Shown one piece after another: positions 60,695 to 64,000 of a stretch of DNA of 64,000 nucleotides. Position 1 is the first letter of the stretch; every line of letters starts with the position of its first letter. Location of the stretch: positions 32,001-96,000 of the forward strand of contig JACVGT010000021.1 of the NCBI GenBank assembly GCA_018992685.1, read 5' to 3'. The translations under genes and the position numbers were made by a program. The stretch comes from Theionarchaea archaeon. Lineage in GTDB: Archaea > Methanobacteriota_B > Thermococci > Methanofastidiosales > SZ-28-30. The notes beneath the pieces are model-generated. The model was not told the origin of the DNA, ran no database searches, and saw only the letters and a program-made list of their open reading frames with translations.

Positions 60695-62824
60695 TCACAA
60701 GTCACTGTCAACTAAAACAACCTGACCGAAGCTCGTTCCACCGTCTCCTGGAGGCACTTCACAGTGAAGGTACAGGTTGGTTCCTCTGCGGTGCATTTCC
60801 TTTCTCAGAACAGTGGTGATGATTTCATTGTATGCCACTCCTCCGGAGAATCCAACTGGCATGTGCAGATCTTCATAATGAGATACTACTTCACTGTATG
60901 CCCTGCCCAGAGCAGCGTGTGCTGTTCGGGCAATATCCTTCTTAGACGCATTAATTTCAGAAATCTTCTTCACAAAGTCCCTCACCATGATTGCATCCCC
61001 TTCTACTTCCATTTCCAGACCAAGATCACATCCTCCCATGGCAAGAGATTCCGCTTTCATGGCAGGCTCTCCTTCATACGTTCTCTCGTAACAGATTCCG
61101 GTTAGAACAGCCACACTATCCAGGAAGCGTCCAGTTGAAGAAGTGAGAACCTTTTCCTTCTTCAGCCGCGATAAAAGGATTCTCTGTTCTTCTGGGGAAT
61201 AGCGGTAACCGGGAATTTCATGTTCCAAATAGCTGAGCAGCATCCTTTCTGGATATTTTGTAGCCAGATCTCCTCCAGGCATGGGCACATATTCCAGGTG
61301 GCCAAGTCTCTCTGACGCTGTAAGTATTTCACCCCCCCACACATTTCCGTCCAGCCCGTATCCCGCACCATCAGCTGTGATTACCACCATCTCCTGATTA
61401 TGCTCGGCCATCAGCCCACGTGCGTGCGCGAAATGGTGCTGTACCTTCTTCAAAGGAATCCCGTGCGTTTCACAGAATTCCTCAGCCTGCCGCCCTGTGG
61501 AGTACTGGGGATGCAGATCAGATACGATTAGCTCAACAGCAGACCAATCAATTCCCAGCAATCGCATCATATGGGAAATGGCTTCCTTCTGGAATAAGAG
61601 AGTGTCATAGTGTGACGTATCCCCTATGTGCTGGGAAAGAAAGGCTTTTCTTCCTTTGGTGATGCAGAATGTGTTGTTCAGCTCCCCACCTACTGCCAGG
61701 ACGACTTTTTCGTGTGTCACCGGAATTCCCCGGGGCACAAATCCTCGGGACCTTCTGATGAACATCCCATTCCTGATAACAGAATCATCGCACCGGTTGA
61801 CAATTCTGAGATCGTGAGCAAGAAAGGCATCTGCAACGGGTAGCTCCTGTCGCGCAGCAGCATTGTCGACTATCATAGGGTTGCCTGGGAAATTGGCTGA
61901 GGTCATGACAAACACGTCACTGTGACTGAAGTGAAACAGTATGTGATGAACAGGTGCATAGGGCAGCATGATCCCTATGGTGTGGAGTCCTGGAGCTACA
62001 GCTTCCAATGGAATCTTCTTGGGCAAAACGACAATGGGTCGCATCCAGGATTCCATGAGGTTTTCCTCCCCCCGGAAGTGAGCCAGGGCTCTGACTGCTT
62101 CTATGTTGCGAGCCATCAGAGCAAAGGGCTGTTGCGGACGATTGAGCGCTTTTCTCAACGTTGTGACCACTTCATTATCTATTCTACACGCAATATGATA
62201 TCCGCCCAACCCCTTTATGGCCACAATGTTATCTGCGTCCAGAAGACGTGCGGCCTTCTCTATGGACATGTCATACTTGGGGCCCTCTTGTGGACAGCAC
62301 ACGGGCTCTGCATGGTATCGTCTATCTGTAATGGTCGTATACTGTTCTTGACAGAATTCACACAGGGGAAAGGCCTTCATAGATGTCTTTTCTCGGTCAT
62401 ATGGAATTTCTTCAATGATAGTAAATCGCGGACCACAATTTGTGCAATTTATAAATGGATACATATACCTTCTATCTGACGGTGAGAAGAGCTCTTCCAG
62501 GCAGTCATCACAGACTGCAATGTCTGGAGGGATTATTGATTCACCACCTTCCCTCTTCCGGCTTTTCACAACTTCAAACGTCTTGAAGTTCTGATCAGGA
62601 AGCTCTTCTTTCTCAATTCTGTCAATTTCTGATATGGGCGGCTTCTCGTTCTGTAGATCGTTTAAGAAATGCTCAATATCTTCTGCGGATCCCTCTACGG
62701 AAATCTCAACGTGATCTCCCACGTTGGCTATATACCCTCTGAGGTTATTCTCCAGCGCAATGCGGTGAATGAAAGGGCGGAACCCCACTGCCTGGACGAT
62801 ACCGTGCACCTGAAGTTTGAGCAT
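60695..62824 (-). CDS. hypF: Hydrogenase maturation carbamoyltransferase HypF
   Basis: GIVQAVGFRPF, CTNCGPRF, DLHPQY, QHHFAH and PPGDGG.S.GQ. Confidence 0.97.
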   Translation of the reverse strand: MLKLQVHGIVQAVGFRPFIHRIALENNLRGYIANVGDHVEISVEGSAEDIEHFLNDLQNEKPPISEIDRIEKEELPDQNFKTFEVVKSRKREGGESIIPPDIAVCDDCLEELFSPSDRRYMYPFINCTNCGPRFTIIEEIPYDREKTSMKAFPLCEFCQEQYTTITDRRYHAEPVCCPQEGPKYDMSIEKAARLLDADNIVAIKGLGGYHIACRIDNEVVTTLRKALNRPQQPFALMARNIEAVRALAHFRGEENLMESWMRPIVVLPKKIPLEAVAPGLHTIGIMLPYAPVHHILFHFSHSDVFVMTSANFPGNPMIVDNAAARQELPVADAFLAHDLRIVNRCDDSVIRNGMFIRRSRGFVPRGIPVTHEKVVLAVGGELNNTFCITKGRKAFLSQHIGDTSHYDTLLFQKEAISHMMRLLGIDWSAVELIVSDLHPQYSTGRQAEEFCETHGIPLKKVQHHFAHARGLMAEHNQEMVVITADGAGYGLDGNVWGGEILTASERLGHLEYVPMPGGDLATKYPERMLLSYLEHEIPGYRYSPEEQRILLSRLKKEKVLTSSTGRFLDSVAVLTGICYERTYEGEPAMKAESLAMGGCDLGLEMEVEGDAIMVRDFVKKISEINASKKDIARTAHAALGRAYSEVVSHYEDLHMPVGFSGGVAYNEIITTVLRKEMHRRGTNLYLHCEVPPGDGGTSFGQVVLVDSDL

Positions 62825-63059
62825 AATCCTCCCACTTGATGGACTTTTAAATCCCTTTTGGTTTGACAGACGCACGAACCGTGTTCGTGGCAGACCAGCG
62901 CTGCCGTATTAGTGAGTGACTGCTATCACTGGTTCTATGACACCTGTGCTTGCCCTCGCTTGATATGTCTGCCTTTCGTTGCACCGGCCTGCAATGTGAC
63001 GTCTTTTCTGTACCTGACGCATAGAAAATTCTTAAGAAGCCAGCCCGTCATGATGCAAT

Positions 63060-63779
63060 ATGAACCCTGCACATTTGTTGTGTGATCCTGACAAGGTCGC
63101 AAGGTCTGTACTTCTCCCCGGAGATCCCAGAAGATCTGAGTGGATAGCAGATTTCTTTGATAATACAGAAAAAGTTGCACACAACAGAGAATTCCTCCTG
63201 TTCACTGGTGAGTACAAAGGTGTTCCAGTTTCTGTATGCTCCACAGGAATTGGCTCTCCTTCAGCAGTCATAGCTCTCGAAGAGCTCATCATGTGTGGTG
63301 CAAAGACTTTCATCAGAGTGGGCACGTGCGGTGCCCTCCAGGAGAACATTGATATCGGGGATTTAGTCATACCTCTGGCCAGCTGCAGAGGAGAAGGAAC
63401 ATCCTCACGGTACGCCCCTCCTGAATTCCCTGCAGTTGCTGACCCTGATGTTGTCGGGAGCTTAAGAAAGGCAGCTCCCGCAGCACATGTGGGTATTGTG
63501 TGGACTGATGATTCTTTCTATTGCTCGGGTGCGCAGTGCTGGCATTCTCTGGGGATTCTAGCAGTGGAAATGGAATGTGCGTCTTTGTTCACCGTGTCTT
63601 TGCTTAAGAAAGTGCAGACGGGAGCAATACTGGCTGTGGATGGGAACATCCTTTTGGGAACGTGTAAGAGTGATAGAAAGGCTACTGATCACACAGAAGT
63701 TTCTCAGGAAACACGGGAAGGTATTGAAAGAGAGATCGAGGCAGCTCTGGAAGCAGTGGTGTACTTGAGCCGGGAATAG
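63060..63779 (+). CDS. Nucleoside phosphorylase (uridine/purine NP-I family)
   Basis: PGDP.R, STGIGSPS, IRVGTCG and VEME. Confidence 0.93.
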   Translation: MNPAHLLCDPDKVARSVLLPGDPRRSEWIADFFDNTEKVAHNREFLLFTGEYKGVPVSVCSTGIGSPSAVIALEELIMCGAKTFIRVGTCGALQENIDIGDLVIPLASCRGEGTSSRYAPPEFPAVADPDVVGSLRKAAPAAHVGIVWTDDSFYCSGAQCWHSLGILAVEMECASLFTVSLLKKVQTGAILAVDGNILLGTCKSDRKATDHTEVSQETREGIEREIEAALEAVVYLSRE

Positions 63780-64000
63780 CCCATATCATCACACATGCAG
63801 TGATCCAAGGTCGCTTTCGCGTGCTTTTTCTCATTCCCCTTCCTGGACACTAGAAAGAGGTAACACAATCAAGGAGGAAAAGTTTGCCCTTAACGTGTAA
63901 CTCCGCGTACAGAACACATATATTTACATTGGTCAAATTGATCAAGGTAAACTTGTCATAGGTAAAATCTGGGAATCATCCAGCATCAATTACCTCTTTA

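Overview
This is a 64 kb core-chromosome segment of an archaeon. It has archaeal PolB, rpoE1/spt4, Cdc6, Dph5/Dph6, NOB1, TATA/BRE promoters and GGAGGTGA Shine-Dalgarno (SD) motifs. The gene content suggests an anaerobic, peptide-fermenting euryarchaeon near the Thermococci, such as Theionarchaea; that placement is inference only. The window contains a probable replication origin (ORB boxes next to cdc6), a phr-hsp20-grpE-dnaK-dnaJ operon, a leucine-catabolism cluster, two secreted proteases (S8 and C25) and two tRNAs. Best leads: (1) an AT-rich island beside tRNA-Thr with a four-gene operon (unknown, double winged-helix, HD phosphohydrolase, phosphoribosyltransferase) that looks like an undescribed nucleotide-targeting defence system; (2) a cyclic 2,3-diphosphoglycerate (cDPG) operon whose last genes (CBS protein, tandem metallophosphoesterase) are candidates for the cDPG hydrolase; (3) three genes whose only plausible start codon after a strong SD is ACG or ATT/CTG; (4) an M48 protease fused to prenyltransferase-beta-like repeats; (5) a membrane pyrophosphatase at the locus usually held by the soluble one. 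All protein calls come from motif recognition by eye; no searches were run.
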